Of a DNA stretch of 64,000 bases, positions 26,461 to 36,558 are shown piece by piece. The DNA is taken from assembly GCA_009649685.1 (NCBI GenBank), contig WJPK01000003.1:498506-562505 (forward strand). Direction: 5' to 3'. The translations under genes and the position numbers were made by a program. This DNA is from Flavobacteriaceae bacterium EG-1. GTDB taxonomy: Bacteria; Bacteroidota; Bacteroidia; Flavobacteriales; Flavobacteriaceae. Each line of letters begins with the position of its first letter. The first letter of the stretch is position 1. Under the pieces are notes generated by a model. That model worked only from the letters and a program-made list of their open reading frames with translations, did no database searches and was not told the origin of the DNA.

Positions 26461-28008
26461 GTGAATAGAGAATTAATCGTAAGATCTGGTTCAGGCGCCG
26501 TGGATTTTGCCTTATTAAAGGATGGAAAACTAACAGAATTGCATAAAGAACAAGACAACAATGACTTTTCTGTCGGCGATGTTTTTTTAGCTAAAATACG
26601 TAAGCCCGTAACGGGTCTTAATGCAGCTTTTGTGAATGTAGGGTATGAAAAGGATGCTTTTCTGCACTATCACGATCTTGGGCCGCAATTATCTACAATG
26701 CTAAAATTCATTAAGCAAGTTAGCTCAGGTAAACTAAAAGAGTATTCCCTGAAAGATTTTCCATTTGAAAAAGATATTGATAAGCATGGCACCATTAATG
26801 ATGTCATAAAAGCCAATCAATCACTATTGGTACAAATAGTTAAAGAACCCATATCTACAAAAGGCCCAAGAATAAGCTCAGAACTTTCTTTGGCTGGTCG
26901 TTTTTTAGTTATGGTTCCATTTTCAGATAGAGTTTCAGTCTCACAAAAGATTGAAAGTAAGGAAGAAAAAGAGCGTTTAAAAAGGCTCGTTCGAAGTATT
27001 AAACCCAAAGGATTTGGAGTTATAATACGTACTGTAGCCCAAGGCAAAAAGGTAGCGGAACTAGATAAAGATTTAGAAAACTTGCTGAATAAATGGTCAG
27101 CAATGTGTAAAAAATTACAAGGAGCAAGACCTCCTGCGAAAGTTTTGGTAGAACTAAATAGAGCTTCATCAATACTTCGAGATGTCTTTAATGATTCTTT
27201 TACAGGAATTCAAGTTGACGATGAGACCTTATTTGGACAAATTCAGGACTACGTTGCTGAAATTGCACCAGGAAAAGAATCAATTGTTAAACTTTACAAC
27301 TCAACCGTTCCAATATTTGAAAAATATGGAATAGACCGACAGATAAAAACTTCATTTGGTCGTACTGCTTCTATGAGTAAAGGAGCATATCTAATTATTG
27401 AACATACTGAAGCCATGCACGTAATAGACGTTAATAGTGGTAATCGTTCAAATAAAGCCAAAAACCAAGAAGAAACAGCTCTAGAGGTAAATTTGCTATC
27501 TGCATCAGAGATTGCTAGACAATTACGCCTTAGAGACATGGGAGGTATAATTGTTGTAGATTTCATTGATATGGTAAAAGCAGGCAACAGAAAAAAGTTA
27601 TTCGAACATCTTAGAGATGAGATGAAAGATGATCGTGCCAAACATAAAATTTTACCTCCAAGTAAATTTGGTTTGATTCAAATAACTAGACAACGGGTAA
27701 GGCCAGAAATGAATATTAAAACAACAGAAGAAGACCCAAATAAATTAGGTCAGGAAATAGAAGCTCCTATCGTTTTAGTAGACAAAATTAATGCCGACCT
27801 TGAAAAGTTGTTAAAAGGCCCTAAGAAAGATTGTAGTATTACCTTAAATCTACATCCTTTTATTGCCGCATACATCACCAAAGGATTTCCATCGATACGT
27901 TCTAAATGGTTTATGGAACATAAAAAATGGATTAAAATTCAGCCTCGTGATGCCTATACTTATCTTGAATATAGATTTAAGGATAAAAATGGTAAAACAA
28001 TATATTAA
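26461..28008 (+). CDS. rng: RNase E/G-family endoribonuclease (RNase G-like) with a GTG start
   Basis: It has an S1 domain (GDVFLAKIRKPVTGLNAAFVNVGYEKDAFLH) and catalytic-domain blocks (GGIIVVDFIDM, ITRQR). Confidence 0.85.
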   Translation: MNRELIVRSGSGAVDFALLKDGKLTELHKEQDNNDFSVGDVFLAKIRKPVTGLNAAFVNVGYEKDAFLHYHDLGPQLSTMLKFIKQVSSGKLKEYSLKDFPFEKDIDKHGTINDVIKANQSLLVQIVKEPISTKGPRISSELSLAGRFLVMVPFSDRVSVSQKIESKEEKERLKRLVRSIKPKGFGVIIRTVAQGKKVAELDKDLENLLNKWSAMCKKLQGARPPAKVLVELNRASSILRDVFNDSFTGIQVDDETLFGQIQDYVAEIAPGKESIVKLYNSTVPIFEKYGIDRQIKTSFGRTASMSKGAYLIIEHTEAMHVIDVNSGNRSNKAKNQEETALEVNLLSASEIARQLRLRDMGGIIVVDFIDMVKAGNRKKLFEHLRDEMKDDRAKHKILPPSKFGLIQITRQRVRPEMNIKTTEEDPNKLGQEIEAPIVLVDKINADLEKLLKGPKKDCSITLNLHPFIAAYITKGFPSIRSKWFMEHKKWIKIQPRDAYTYLEYRFKDKNGKTIY

Positions 28009-28012
28009 GCAT

Positions 28013-28046
28013 AAGCGACCTCTTAAATGGGGTCGCTTTTTTTGTT
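28013..28046 (+). terminator. Rho-independent terminator after rng
   Basis: The stem AAGCGACC/GGTCGCTT with a 10-nt loop is followed by TTTTTTGTTTT. Confidence 0.8.
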
Positions 28047-28099
28047 TTAATAAGTTTAACCATAAGAACAAAATCTAGTTAATTAAGTACTTTTAAGCC

Positions 28100-28582
28100 A
28101 TGTATTTTAAAAATGACAAATCTTATACGCTTAACGAGGCAACCAAAAAGTTGGAACATTACTGTGCTTATCAAGAGAGGTGCCATAAAGAGGTAGTTTC
28201 AAAATTGAGTAATATGGGCATGATACCCGACGCAATTAATCAGATAGTAGCCCATCTTATTCAAGAGAACTATTTGAATGAAGAACGTTTTTCACGTTCT
28301 TTTGCAAGAGGAAAATTCAGAATTAAAAAATGGGGGAAAAACCGAATTACAGCCGAACTTAAATTAAGAAACATTTCTAAATATAATATAAGAGCAGCGC
28401 TTACCGAAATAGACGAAGATGAATATCTATTCACTTTTAATGAATTAGCAGAAAAAAAACTAACTGAAATTCAAGAAAAACAACCTCAAAAAAGAAAGAA
28501 AAAACTTGTCGACTTCTTATTTTACAGAGGCTGGGAAAGCCATTTAGTATATGACAAAGCTAATGAGCTAATTAAAAATTAA
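28100..28582 (+). CDS. recX: RecX-family regulatory protein
   Basis: It has three-helix repeat architecture. LEHYCAYQERC and NEERFSRSFARGKF blocks are present. The protein is 160 aa. Confidence 0.7.
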   Translation: MYFKNDKSYTLNEATKKLEHYCAYQERCHKEVVSKLSNMGMIPDAINQIVAHLIQENYLNEERFSRSFARGKFRIKKWGKNRITAELKLRNISKYNIRAALTEIDEDEYLFTFNELAEKKLTEIQEKQPQKRKKKLVDFLFYRGWESHLVYDKANELIKN

Positions 28583-29066
28583 ATGAAGCTCCTAAGTTTA
28601 TCGCAAACTGATTGTGAAATTCTTCAGATGGAGTAAGGTCATCATTATACTTCGCTATAGGCGTATAAAATTCGGCAAAGACACCAAAACCATCTGTAAA
28701 AAAGTATCGCCCACCTAAATGCCCACCAAAATTCTTCAAGCTTAAATTTAAACCAGGATAAATATCAGCATTCTCTGCAAGTTTAAAGACATCACCAATA
28801 TTCGCATTAGCTCTTATTTTAATATCAAACTTATCAACAAAAGGAACGTTTATCAACTCATTTACGCCCAACATATAAGCGCTAGAAGCTCCGACAGAAA
28901 AATTTTGTCCAATACCATAATCCAAAGTTCCCGTAATACCTGTTCCATTAGATTGAGCATTAATTCCTATTTGAAACTTTAAATCCCCAGCTCCATCATA
29001 AGCTTGCGAAAAACCAATAGTTGTAAATAAAATAGTTGCTACAAAAAGTAATATTTTTTTCATCAT
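28572..29066 (-). CDS. Small outer-membrane beta-barrel protein (porin-family or OmpW-like)
   Basis: It has a signal peptide and alternating hydrophobic beta-strand patterning. The C-terminus NLGASFNF ends in Phe. Confidence 0.65.
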   Translation of the reverse strand: MMKKILLFVATILFTTIGFSQAYDGAGDLKFQIGINAQSNGTGITGTLDYGIGQNFSVGASSAYMLGVNELINVPFVDKFDIKIRANANIGDVFKLAENADIYPGLNLSLKNFGGHLGGRYFFTDGFGVFAEFYTPIAKYNDDLTPSEEFHNQFAINLGASFNF

Positions 29067-29117
29067 TATAAGCGTTAGTGTTTACAACAAAGGTATTAAT
29101 TCAAAAGAAAATTAAGT

Positions 29118-29972
29118 TCAGATTATTCGATTTGTACGTGTAATGGCTCGTTTATTTTTAGCCTCTATCCATTTTTGACCTTTTAGTTTTCGCATTAAAA
29201 CATCAACATGTCGCATTAAAAAAATATTATACGCCGCTTCTAAGAAATTAAATGGATTATGTGCTAAGGTTCTCAAACTCATTGAAAATCCCGGGCTCAA
29301 ATACTTCATATAATGCCAATATCCTTCCGGCATATATAATACTTCACCGTGTTTTAATGTAGTCTTAAAGCCATGTGCTTTAATCAGAGCAGGCCACTTT
29401 TCATAATTTGGATTAGAAAAATCTATTCCTTCATGAGTAATTATTGAAAAAGGGATTCTGTATAGATACTTATTTTCAGATTGCGGAAATAACACACATT
29501 GTTTTTCTCCTTCAAAATGAAAGTGAAAAATATTCGCAAAATCAATATCATGATGCATAAATGTGTGTGAATTTTCTCCCCCAAAAAAAAGCATCGGCAC
29601 CTTTTTCAAAATTCGAATTCCAAAATCTGGAATTGAAAAATCTTTTTGCAAGGCAGGAACCTCCTTTAAAATATTCCAGAGGAAAATTCTATACTTTGTT
29701 GGTTTGCTTTTTAACAAATCAATGTATTCCGACATTTTCATCTTAGCATGAGGTTCATTAAATCCATCATCATGATGTACTGGTCGATCATCATATAGCG
29801 GTACAATTTTATCACCTGCCATTTGCCTCATATATTCCAAATTCCACTTAGAATGAGCAGCCCATCCATCATTGAAATTCTCAATAACTAATGGAATTTG
29901 TGGCTTGAAAAAATCATTTAAGAAATCTTCTTTTGTTATTGTCGCTACGCGTTGTATTTCTTGTAGTTTCAA
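29118..29972 (-). CDS. Cupin-like (JmjC/Cupin_8) domain protein, a putative 2-oxoglutarate/Fe(II) oxygenase
   Basis: HTFMHHDIDFANIFHFHFEGEK and the later GEVLYMPEGYWHYM resemble JmjC-cupin HxD...H iron-binding strands. Confidence 0.65.
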   Translation of the reverse strand: MKLQEIQRVATITKEDFLNDFFKPQIPLVIENFNDGWAAHSKWNLEYMRQMAGDKIVPLYDDRPVHHDDGFNEPHAKMKMSEYIDLLKSKPTKYRIFLWNILKEVPALQKDFSIPDFGIRILKKVPMLFFGGENSHTFMHHDIDFANIFHFHFEGEKQCVLFPQSENKYLYRIPFSIITHEGIDFSNPNYEKWPALIKAHGFKTTLKHGEVLYMPEGYWHYMKYLSPGFSMSLRTLAHNPFNFLEAAYNIFLMRHVDVLMRKLKGQKWIEAKNKRAITRTNRII

Positions 29973-30053
29973 TGGTATAAAATATTTTCAAATTTAACTA
30001 CCATGAAAAAATTAGTCAAATTTATTTAAACCAATATAAAAATAAATGTAGTA

Positions 30054-31148
30054 TTATTCAGTCATTTTTGCAGCAGTCTTAGCAGCTTCATTGCGATCAA
30101 TTGAATGGCCAGGTCTTGTCCATTTTGGTTTTTCACCAAGTGGTTTTAATTCAGAATCTTCAGCCTCAATTGTTTTAGGTTGTGATATTTTAGTAAATGG
30201 TTTCTGTGGATTTAAACCTAATAGTTTAAACATTTCCATATCTTCATTTACATCAGGATTTGGTGTTGTTAATAATTTATCACCCGCAAAAATAGAATTT
30301 GCTCCAGCAAAGAAACACATAGCCTGTCCTTCTCTACTCATTTCTGTCCTTCCTGCAGACAAACGAACTTGTGTGTCTGGCAAAACTATTCTCGTTGTCG
30401 CTACCATCCTAATCATCTCCCAAATAGAAATAGGTTCCATATCAGCCATGGGTGTTCCTTCAACTGCAACTAAAGCATTGATAGGAACTGATTCCGGCTG
30501 TGGGCTTAATGAAGATAATGCAACTAACATTCCAGCTCTATCCTCTAATTTCTCACCCATACCAATGATACCTCCACTACATACAGTTACATTACTTTTT
30601 CGAACATTTTCTATAGTTTCCAAACGATCTTCAAAAGCACGTGTAGAAATAACATCTTTATAATAATCTTCTGAAGTATCTAAATTGTGATTGTAAGCAT
30701 ACAATCCGGCTTCAGCCAAACGCTTTGCTTGATTTTCGGTTAGCATACCAAGGGTACAACAAACCTCCATATCAAGCTTATTAATGGTTCTTACCATTTC
30801 AAGAACTTGGTCAAATTCTGGTCCATCTTTAACATTACGCCATGCAGCCCCCATACAAACACGCGAACTACCTGATGACTTTGCACGTAGAGCCTGCGCT
30901 TTAACATGTGAAACCGTCATTAAATCATTGCCTTCAATTTCAGTATGATATCGTGCTGCTTGCGGACAATATCCACAATCTTCTGGACAACCACCTGTTT
31001 TAATAGATAATAGTGTAGAAACTTGTACAGTATTTGGATCGTGGTTTTCCCTATGAATAGTCGCTGCCTCATAAAGCAGTTCCATTAAAGGTTTATTGTA
31101 AATATCAAGTATTTCTTGCTTCGACCAATCGTTTCTTGTCTTACTCAT
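30054..31148 (-). CDS. bioB: Biotin synthase
   Basis: The radical-SAM motif is GGCPEDCGYCPQ. BioB blocks are present throughout. It has a C-terminal tail of about 40 aa. Confidence 0.95.
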   Translation of the reverse strand: MSKTRNDWSKQEILDIYNKPLMELLYEAATIHRENHDPNTVQVSTLLSIKTGGCPEDCGYCPQAARYHTEIEGNDLMTVSHVKAQALRAKSSGSSRVCMGAAWRNVKDGPEFDQVLEMVRTINKLDMEVCCTLGMLTENQAKRLAEAGLYAYNHNLDTSEDYYKDVISTRAFEDRLETIENVRKSNVTVCSGGIIGMGEKLEDRAGMLVALSSLSPQPESVPINALVAVEGTPMADMEPISIWEMIRMVATTRIVLPDTQVRLSAGRTEMSREGQAMCFFAGANSIFAGDKLLTTPNPDVNEDMEMFKLLGLNPQKPFTKISQPKTIEAEDSELKPLGEKPKWTRPGHSIDRNEAAKTAAKMTE

Positions 31149-31162
31149 ATGTTGATTAATTC

Positions 31163-31195
31163 GAATTCAAAAATAGGTTAATTGCTTTTGAATTC
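31163..31195. promoter_or_regulatory. Perfect 10-bp inverted repeat GAATTCAAAA, 13 nt, TTTTGAATTC, 15 to 47 nt upstream of the bioB start; a candidate operator
   Basis: The perfect palindromic arms are seen directly in the sequence. Their position overlaps the expected promoter and 5' UTR of bioB. Confidence 0.35.
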
Positions 31196-31280
31196 CCAAT
31201 TAACATGAATTAAGAAATCATAACAATAAAAAGTCCCGAATTACTGCTGCAAAACGGAACTTCTAATTTTTATGAAAAAA

Positions 31281-32720
31281 TTATTCTTCTTCGGTATTCT
31301 TTTCAGTTTTAGAAGTTTGATTAGAAACATCCTTTATCTCCTCACCTTCCACGTTCTTACCTTTTAAATATTCAGGTAATTGCATACCTGCCATATTAAA
31401 CATTTCTTGTAGTGGCGGTACAGATTTATACATTCCAGAAATAAAGTTCGCTGTAGAGTTTTTGCCATCCTCACCTTTAGCACCGGAATCCCACACCGTA
31501 ACTTTATCAATTTTGATGTTTTTTATAGCCTCTGCTTGAGTTTTAACTAATTCAGGTAGTTTATCTGCTATCAATAATAAAACCGCATCTTTAGGGTCAT
31601 TACCTGCAGCTTTTACGATTTCATCTAAACCTTGAGCCTGTTTTGTTAATATCTCAAAAAGACCTTGGGCCTCAGCCTGGGCTTTAAACAAAATAGCATC
31701 TGCTTCCCCTCGAGCTTTTCTACGTATGCGTTCTGCTTCTGCTTCAGCATCAATTTCTACTTTCTTTTTATCGATTTCCGCAGGAACAACAATGTCTGCA
31801 ATTTGAGAAGAACGTTCTCGGTCTGCTCTAGCTATTTCAGCATCTTTTTCCGCTGCATAAGATTCTTCAAGCGCTTTTGCTGATTGAACTTTTTCCGATG
31901 CAATTGCCGTTCGCTCTGCTTCTGCTTCTCGTTGACGTCGTAAAGAATCTGAATTAGCAACATTAATTTTCGCTATATTCTCACCTTCCACGGCCTGTGC
32001 ATTTGCTGCAGCAACTTGTGTTCGTTCATCCTGTAATGCATTAGCCTCTCCAATTGAACCATCTCTATTTTTTTCAGCAACAGATTTTCTAGCAGCATTT
32101 ATCGCATGCGCTGCAGCTTCTTTACCTAATGCTTCAATATAACCTGACTCATCTACAATATCAGTAATATTAACATTAATAAGCTTCAAACCTACTTTCT
32201 TTAATTCAGACTCTACACTTTGCGATATATTAGTTAAAAACTTATCTCTGTCGGAATTGATTTCTTCAATATCCATTGAAGCCACTACCAATCGCAGTTG
32301 TCCGAAGATAATTTCCTTCGCTAAATCTTGAACTTCTTGCATACCCATACCCAACAAACGTTCTGCAGCATTTTGCATAACACCTGGTTCTGTAGAAATA
32401 CCAATAGTAAATCTGGATGGCACATTAACCCGAATATTCTGTCTACTTAATGCATTTGCCAAATCAACTTCAATTGAAATAGGTGTTAAATCCAAGAATT
32501 CGTAATCTTGAATAACCGGCCAAATAAATGCCGCACCCCCATGTATACAACGAGCAGAATTGCCAGAGCCTACCTTTCCATAAACTACTAAAATCCTATC
32601 AGAAGGACATCTTTTATATCTTCTAATAAATGATATAATAATGATAAAAAAGAAAAGTATAGCAAAGCCAATTGCCAAGAGAGAGGCACTTCCTCCTAAT
32701 TGTAATGGAACTAAAATCAT
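31281..32720 (-). CDS. Flotillin-like SPFH/band-7 protein (YqiK-type)
   Basis: It has an N-terminal TM helix, an SPFH domain, and a long EA-rich coiled coil (AEAEAERIRRKARGEADA). Confidence 0.85.
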   Translation of the reverse strand: MILVPLQLGGSASLLAIGFAILFFFIIIISFIRRYKRCPSDRILVVYGKVGSGNSARCIHGGAAFIWPVIQDYEFLDLTPISIEVDLANALSRQNIRVNVPSRFTIGISTEPGVMQNAAERLLGMGMQEVQDLAKEIIFGQLRLVVASMDIEEINSDRDKFLTNISQSVESELKKVGLKLINVNITDIVDESGYIEALGKEAAAHAINAARKSVAEKNRDGSIGEANALQDERTQVAAANAQAVEGENIAKINVANSDSLRRQREAEAERTAIASEKVQSAKALEESYAAEKDAEIARADRERSSQIADIVVPAEIDKKKVEIDAEAEAERIRRKARGEADAILFKAQAEAQGLFEILTKQAQGLDEIVKAAGNDPKDAVLLLIADKLPELVKTQAEAIKNIKIDKVTVWDSGAKGEDGKNSTANFISGMYKSVPPLQEMFNMAGMQLPEYLKGKNVEGEEIKDVSNQTSKTEKNTEEE

Positions 32721-32724
32721 ATGG

Positions 32725-33306
32725 TTATTTGTTTAAAAGTTCAACAATCAATATTCCGTTATCGGTAACATTTTTAACTCGTACAACATTACCTAAAACT
32801 AAGTCATTTTCTTCATCAGTCAACGCTTCTAATTCTCTCAGTGTACCTTGTACTGTTACGCTTACTTTACCAATTTTTGAACGATTAGCGCCAATAGTTA
32901 AATATACTTCACCTACTTGATTCAAAGCATTTTTAAGTTTCAAAGTTCCACTGCTTTGCATCTTTCCTAAATAATAGAAAAGTGTAGCCATAGCTAACAT
33001 CATTAATAATCCACAAACAATCGAAATTAACACAGTTAATGTCTTCGACATTCCAGCGTCCAAGCATGCAATTCCAGACCATCCAAATATGGTTAAAAAA
33101 CCCATTAGATTTTTAAAAGAAAGAAATTGAAATCCAATTCCTGTATCGCCATCAATATCAGCATCTACATCACCACCATCAAAATCATCAGCATCACCAC
33201 CGATTAATGTTAATATCAATAATATGATAAGCATTACCGAAGCAATTAGTGCCACAGTCCAATACACCTTTTCAAACATTGCTAAAGCAGCAAACCATTC
33301 TTCCAT
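32725..33306 (-). CDS. NfeD-like membrane protein (YqiJ-type partner of flotillin)
   Basis: It has TM helices, an acidic GGD loop, and a C-terminal OB-fold beta domain. It sits 4 nt upstream of the flotillin gene. Confidence 0.7.
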   Translation of the reverse strand: MEEWFAALAMFEKVYWTVALIASVMLIILLILTLIGGDADDFDGGDVDADIDGDTGIGFQFLSFKNLMGFLTIFGWSGIACLDAGMSKTLTVLISIVCGLLMMLAMATLFYYLGKMQSSGTLKLKNALNQVGEVYLTIGANRSKIGKVSVTVQGTLRELEALTDEENDLVLGNVVRVKNVTDNGILIVELLNK

Positions 33307-33398
33307 CGAATTTATTTTTTGGTTTAAAATTCATATCTATTGTAGACTAATTCTTTCATCTATGTAAGATAACACCTTTTTTAAAAAAACACTTTTAA

Positions 33399-34553
33399 TT
33401 AAATACTCAACAACACACTAACAGCGTTCCCACCAAAACCAACGGCATTCACCAAAACTTTTTTAATTTTTGAAGGACTATTCAAAACATCCAAATAAGG
33501 CACTTTAATAACTTGTTGATGTTTGAGCATTAAGATAGCTAATTCAACACTTAACATTCCTGATGCCCCAAAAGTGTGACCTACCTTCCACTTGTTAGTA
33601 GTTAAAAATGGAATTTTGTTACAAAAAACTTTTTCAATCGCCCTATATTCAGCTAAATCGCCTTTAACTGTACCTGGTGTATGTGTAACTATTACATCAA
33701 TTTCTTCAGCATTAAGTTCGCCCAATGCCATCCGCATAGCACTTTGGAAACATTTAGCATCCGAAGAAATAGAGATATTATGTTCCAAAATCTCAGTAGC
33801 ATAACCAATTCCTTCTATTTTTGCCAAGGCATTTTCAGAAAAACCCTTTTCAAGACAAACTACTGCAGCCCCTTCACCAAGAACCATACTATTAAATTTT
33901 TTGGTTAAATCTAATGCCTTACAAGGGTACATATCCGTTTCATGTGAATATATTTTTAAAGCCTTCATCTGGGCAATTGTGAAAGGGGTCAAAGGAGCTT
34001 CGCTTCCACCAACTAAAAATTTATCAGCCATACCACTCCTTAACCAAGCAACACCATTTAACATGGAATGTAATGCTGTAGAACATGTTATGGAATGTGA
34101 GATTTCAGGTCCTTTTGATTGCAAATCATGAGCTACCCAAGAAGAAATATTCCCTAATGTTGTAGTTGGAGATGACAAAGTAGAAGTGGTACTTTTATCA
34201 AGAAACTCCCGATGAAATTTTTCAAAAAGAGCGGTAGCACCTCTGGATGACCCAATATTAACACCAAAATTATCCTTCGTTGTCCATCCCGCCTGAGCAA
34301 CAGCATTTCTTGCCGTAAATATTGAAAATAAAACTGTATCATCAAGATTTCTATACTTAAGGTCTGAATTTCGAAGCAATTCAATTTCTTGTTTTGATTT
34401 CTCTCCTAATGGAGATATCCATTCTAAAGTTCCATTTACTTCTTGCTGCTTCAAATAATGTTTATTGGTCTGATAAGAAGACCAAGATTCTTCTACAGAA
34501 TTCCCAAGTGAGGATATTCCAGCTAAAGCGGTTATATAAATTGAATCGTTCAA
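33399..34553 (-). CDS. Beta-ketoacyl-ACP synthase, KAS I/II-type thiolase fold, embedded at the end of the bioF-bioD-bioA operon
   Basis: Cys-His-His candidates are ITCSTALHS, VTHTPGT and KVGHTFGASG. It lies 11 nt after the bioA stop. Confidence 0.8.
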   Translation of the reverse strand: MNDSIYITALAGISSLGNSVEESWSSYQTNKHYLKQQEVNGTLEWISPLGEKSKQEIELLRNSDLKYRNLDDTVLFSIFTARNAVAQAGWTTKDNFGVNIGSSRGATALFEKFHREFLDKSTTSTLSSPTTTLGNISSWVAHDLQSKGPEISHSITCSTALHSMLNGVAWLRSGMADKFLVGGSEAPLTPFTIAQMKALKIYSHETDMYPCKALDLTKKFNSMVLGEGAAVVCLEKGFSENALAKIEGIGYATEILEHNISISSDAKCFQSAMRMALGELNAEEIDVIVTHTPGTVKGDLAEYRAIEKVFCNKIPFLTTNKWKVGHTFGASGMLSVELAILMLKHQQVIKVPYLDVLNSPSKIKKVLVNAVGFGGNAVSVLLSI

Positions 34554-34564
34554 ATTAAAACGTA

Positions 34565-35833
34565 TTAAAGAATTTCCAAAGAAGCCTCGATAACAGTATA
34601 GACTTTCTTCAATTGTTCATTAGTAATTACATATGGTGGAAGAACATAAATGGTATTTCCCAATGGTCTAAGGTTTACACCTTCACTCATATAAAAATCA
34701 TACAACTTATCTCTAAAGGAACCATATCTATTGGTTTCAACTGCTAAATCAATTGCTAAAATAACCCCTAAACAACGTATTTCTTTTATATTTGGATGTT
34801 TTTCAAATTTTGCACTAAACTCACGATGAGAATTTTCAATATACTTTCTACGTTCAATTATTGCATCAGAATTTAAAAGTTTTAAACCTGCCAATGCAGA
34901 CACACAACCTAAAGGATGAGCACTAAAAGTATGCGCATGAAAAAAACCTTTTGCAACATCTTTACTTAAAAAGACATCATAAATTTTTTGAGAACAGCTT
35001 GTTATACTTAAAGGAAACATACCTGCAGTTAAGGCTTTACTTAAACAAATAATTTCAGGTTTATACTCCAAATAATCGGATGCAAAATTTTTACCTGTTT
35101 TTCCAAAGCCAGTCATTACCTCATCAGCTATTGTAACAATATTATTTTCATGACATTTTTTAATGAGTAAATCAAGTCCCTTAGCTGAATGAAATTTCAT
35201 ACCTGCAGCGCCTTGTACGATTGGTTCAAAAACAAATGCAGCACATTTGTTTTGTTCCAATATAACTTCTAACCGTCTTAACACATTATCTATGGTTTGG
35301 TCTTGAGGAACAGGGATACGTTCAACTTTAAGAAGAAAATCTTCAAATGGCCCGTTATAAGAAGATAGACCAGAGGCACTCATTGCTCCAAAAGTATCAC
35401 CATGAAAACCATCTTCAAAAGCAATTAGCGTATCTCTCTTATCTTCTAAGTTATGATGATATTGGAAAGCCATTTTAATAGCCGCTTCAATTGCAGTTGA
35501 CCCATTATCATTAAAGAATATTTTCTGTTGATTATCTGGTAAAATTGTAATAAGTTCTTCAGATAATTTCACTGCTGGTTCATGGGTAAAACCACTGAAC
35601 ATAACAAAATCTAACTTTTTCATTTGTTCAGAAATAGCCGCAGTAATGTATTCATTGCAATGACCATACATTGCAGTATACCATGAAGCAATTCCATCTA
35701 TATATGAATTACCTGCTTCATCCCAAATTAATGCATCTTTAGCTCTTACTATGCCTATGCGTGGAGCAGCAGTTTGATGCTGAGTTAGTGGATGCCATAA
35801 ATGCTGTTGATCTCTTTCCGAAAGATTTTTCAA
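34565..35833 (-). CDS. bioA: Adenosylmethionine-8-amino-7-oxononanoate aminotransferase
   Basis: It is a class-III aminotransferase. The blocks LWHPLTQH and WYTAMYGH parallel E. coli BioA. Confidence 0.9.
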   Translation of the reverse strand: MKNLSERDQQHLWHPLTQHQTAAPRIGIVRAKDALIWDEAGNSYIDGIASWYTAMYGHCNEYITAAISEQMKKLDFVMFSGFTHEPAVKLSEELITILPDNQQKIFFNDNGSTAIEAAIKMAFQYHHNLEDKRDTLIAFEDGFHGDTFGAMSASGLSSYNGPFEDFLLKVERIPVPQDQTIDNVLRRLEVILEQNKCAAFVFEPIVQGAAGMKFHSAKGLDLLIKKCHENNIVTIADEVMTGFGKTGKNFASDYLEYKPEIICLSKALTAGMFPLSITSCSQKIYDVFLSKDVAKGFFHAHTFSAHPLGCVSALAGLKLLNSDAIIERRKYIENSHREFSAKFEKHPNIKEIRCLGVILAIDLAVETNRYGSFRDKLYDFYMSEGVNLRPLGNTIYVLPPYVITNEQLKKVYTVIEASLEIL

Positions 35834-35940
35834 ATATTCTAGGGTATTTAATTTGAGTTCTTAAACCTCACAAAGATGAGAATTAATGCTGATAAGCAAA
35901 TAACTAATTTAAGATAACCATAAATCAATTTATTAAGAAG

Positions 35941-36558
35941 TTACAATAGCTCCAGCGCAGGTCTTAATTGATCAGCATACCTTATTATTGTAGTTTTATC
36001 TATAGTTTTTTCTTCATCAATTCTACCTAAAACTGTAACACCAGTTTTGTTCGCGATAATACTTTCTGTTGTAGGGTGTTCATTTCCACTAAATAAAACT
36101 GAAACCTGGTACCCTCTTTCTACTAACCAATTAATGGTCATTAGTGAATGATTTATACTCCCCAAATAATGTCTAGAAACTACAATCACCTTATAGTTTG
36201 GCATAATTATATCAAGAATAGTCTCCTCTTCATTTAATGGCACTAACAAACCACCTGCACCTTCAATCACCAAAGAGTTCTCCGTTTCAGGCTCAATTAT
36301 ATTTGAATGTTCAATTTTTATACCGTCAATTTCAGCTGCAGCATGCGGACTCATAGCTGTGCTTAACTCATAACTGCTCTTGTGAATGAATGATTTATCA
36401 TTTGAGATCAAACCTCGAACCTTATCGCTATCTGTGGCTTTTAAATCACCCGCTTGTATAGGCTTCCAATAATCCGCTTTTAAAGATTCTACTATAATTG
36501 CAGCTGCCAAGGTTTTACCTACATCTGTTGATATTCCAGTAATAAAAATCCGTTTCAT
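35941..36558 (-). CDS. bioD: Dethiobiotin synthetase
   Basis: MKRIFITGISTDVGKT is the BioD P-loop. Confidence 0.9.
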   Translation of the reverse strand: MKRIFITGISTDVGKTLAAAIIVESLKADYWKPIQAGDLKATDSDKVRGLISNDKSFIHKSSYELSTAMSPHAAAEIDGIKIEHSNIIEPETENSLVIEGAGGLLVPLNEEETILDIIMPNYKVIVVSRHYLGSINHSLMTINWLVERGYQVSVLFSGNEHPTTESIIANKTGVTVLGRIDEEKTIDKTTIIRYADQLRPALELL

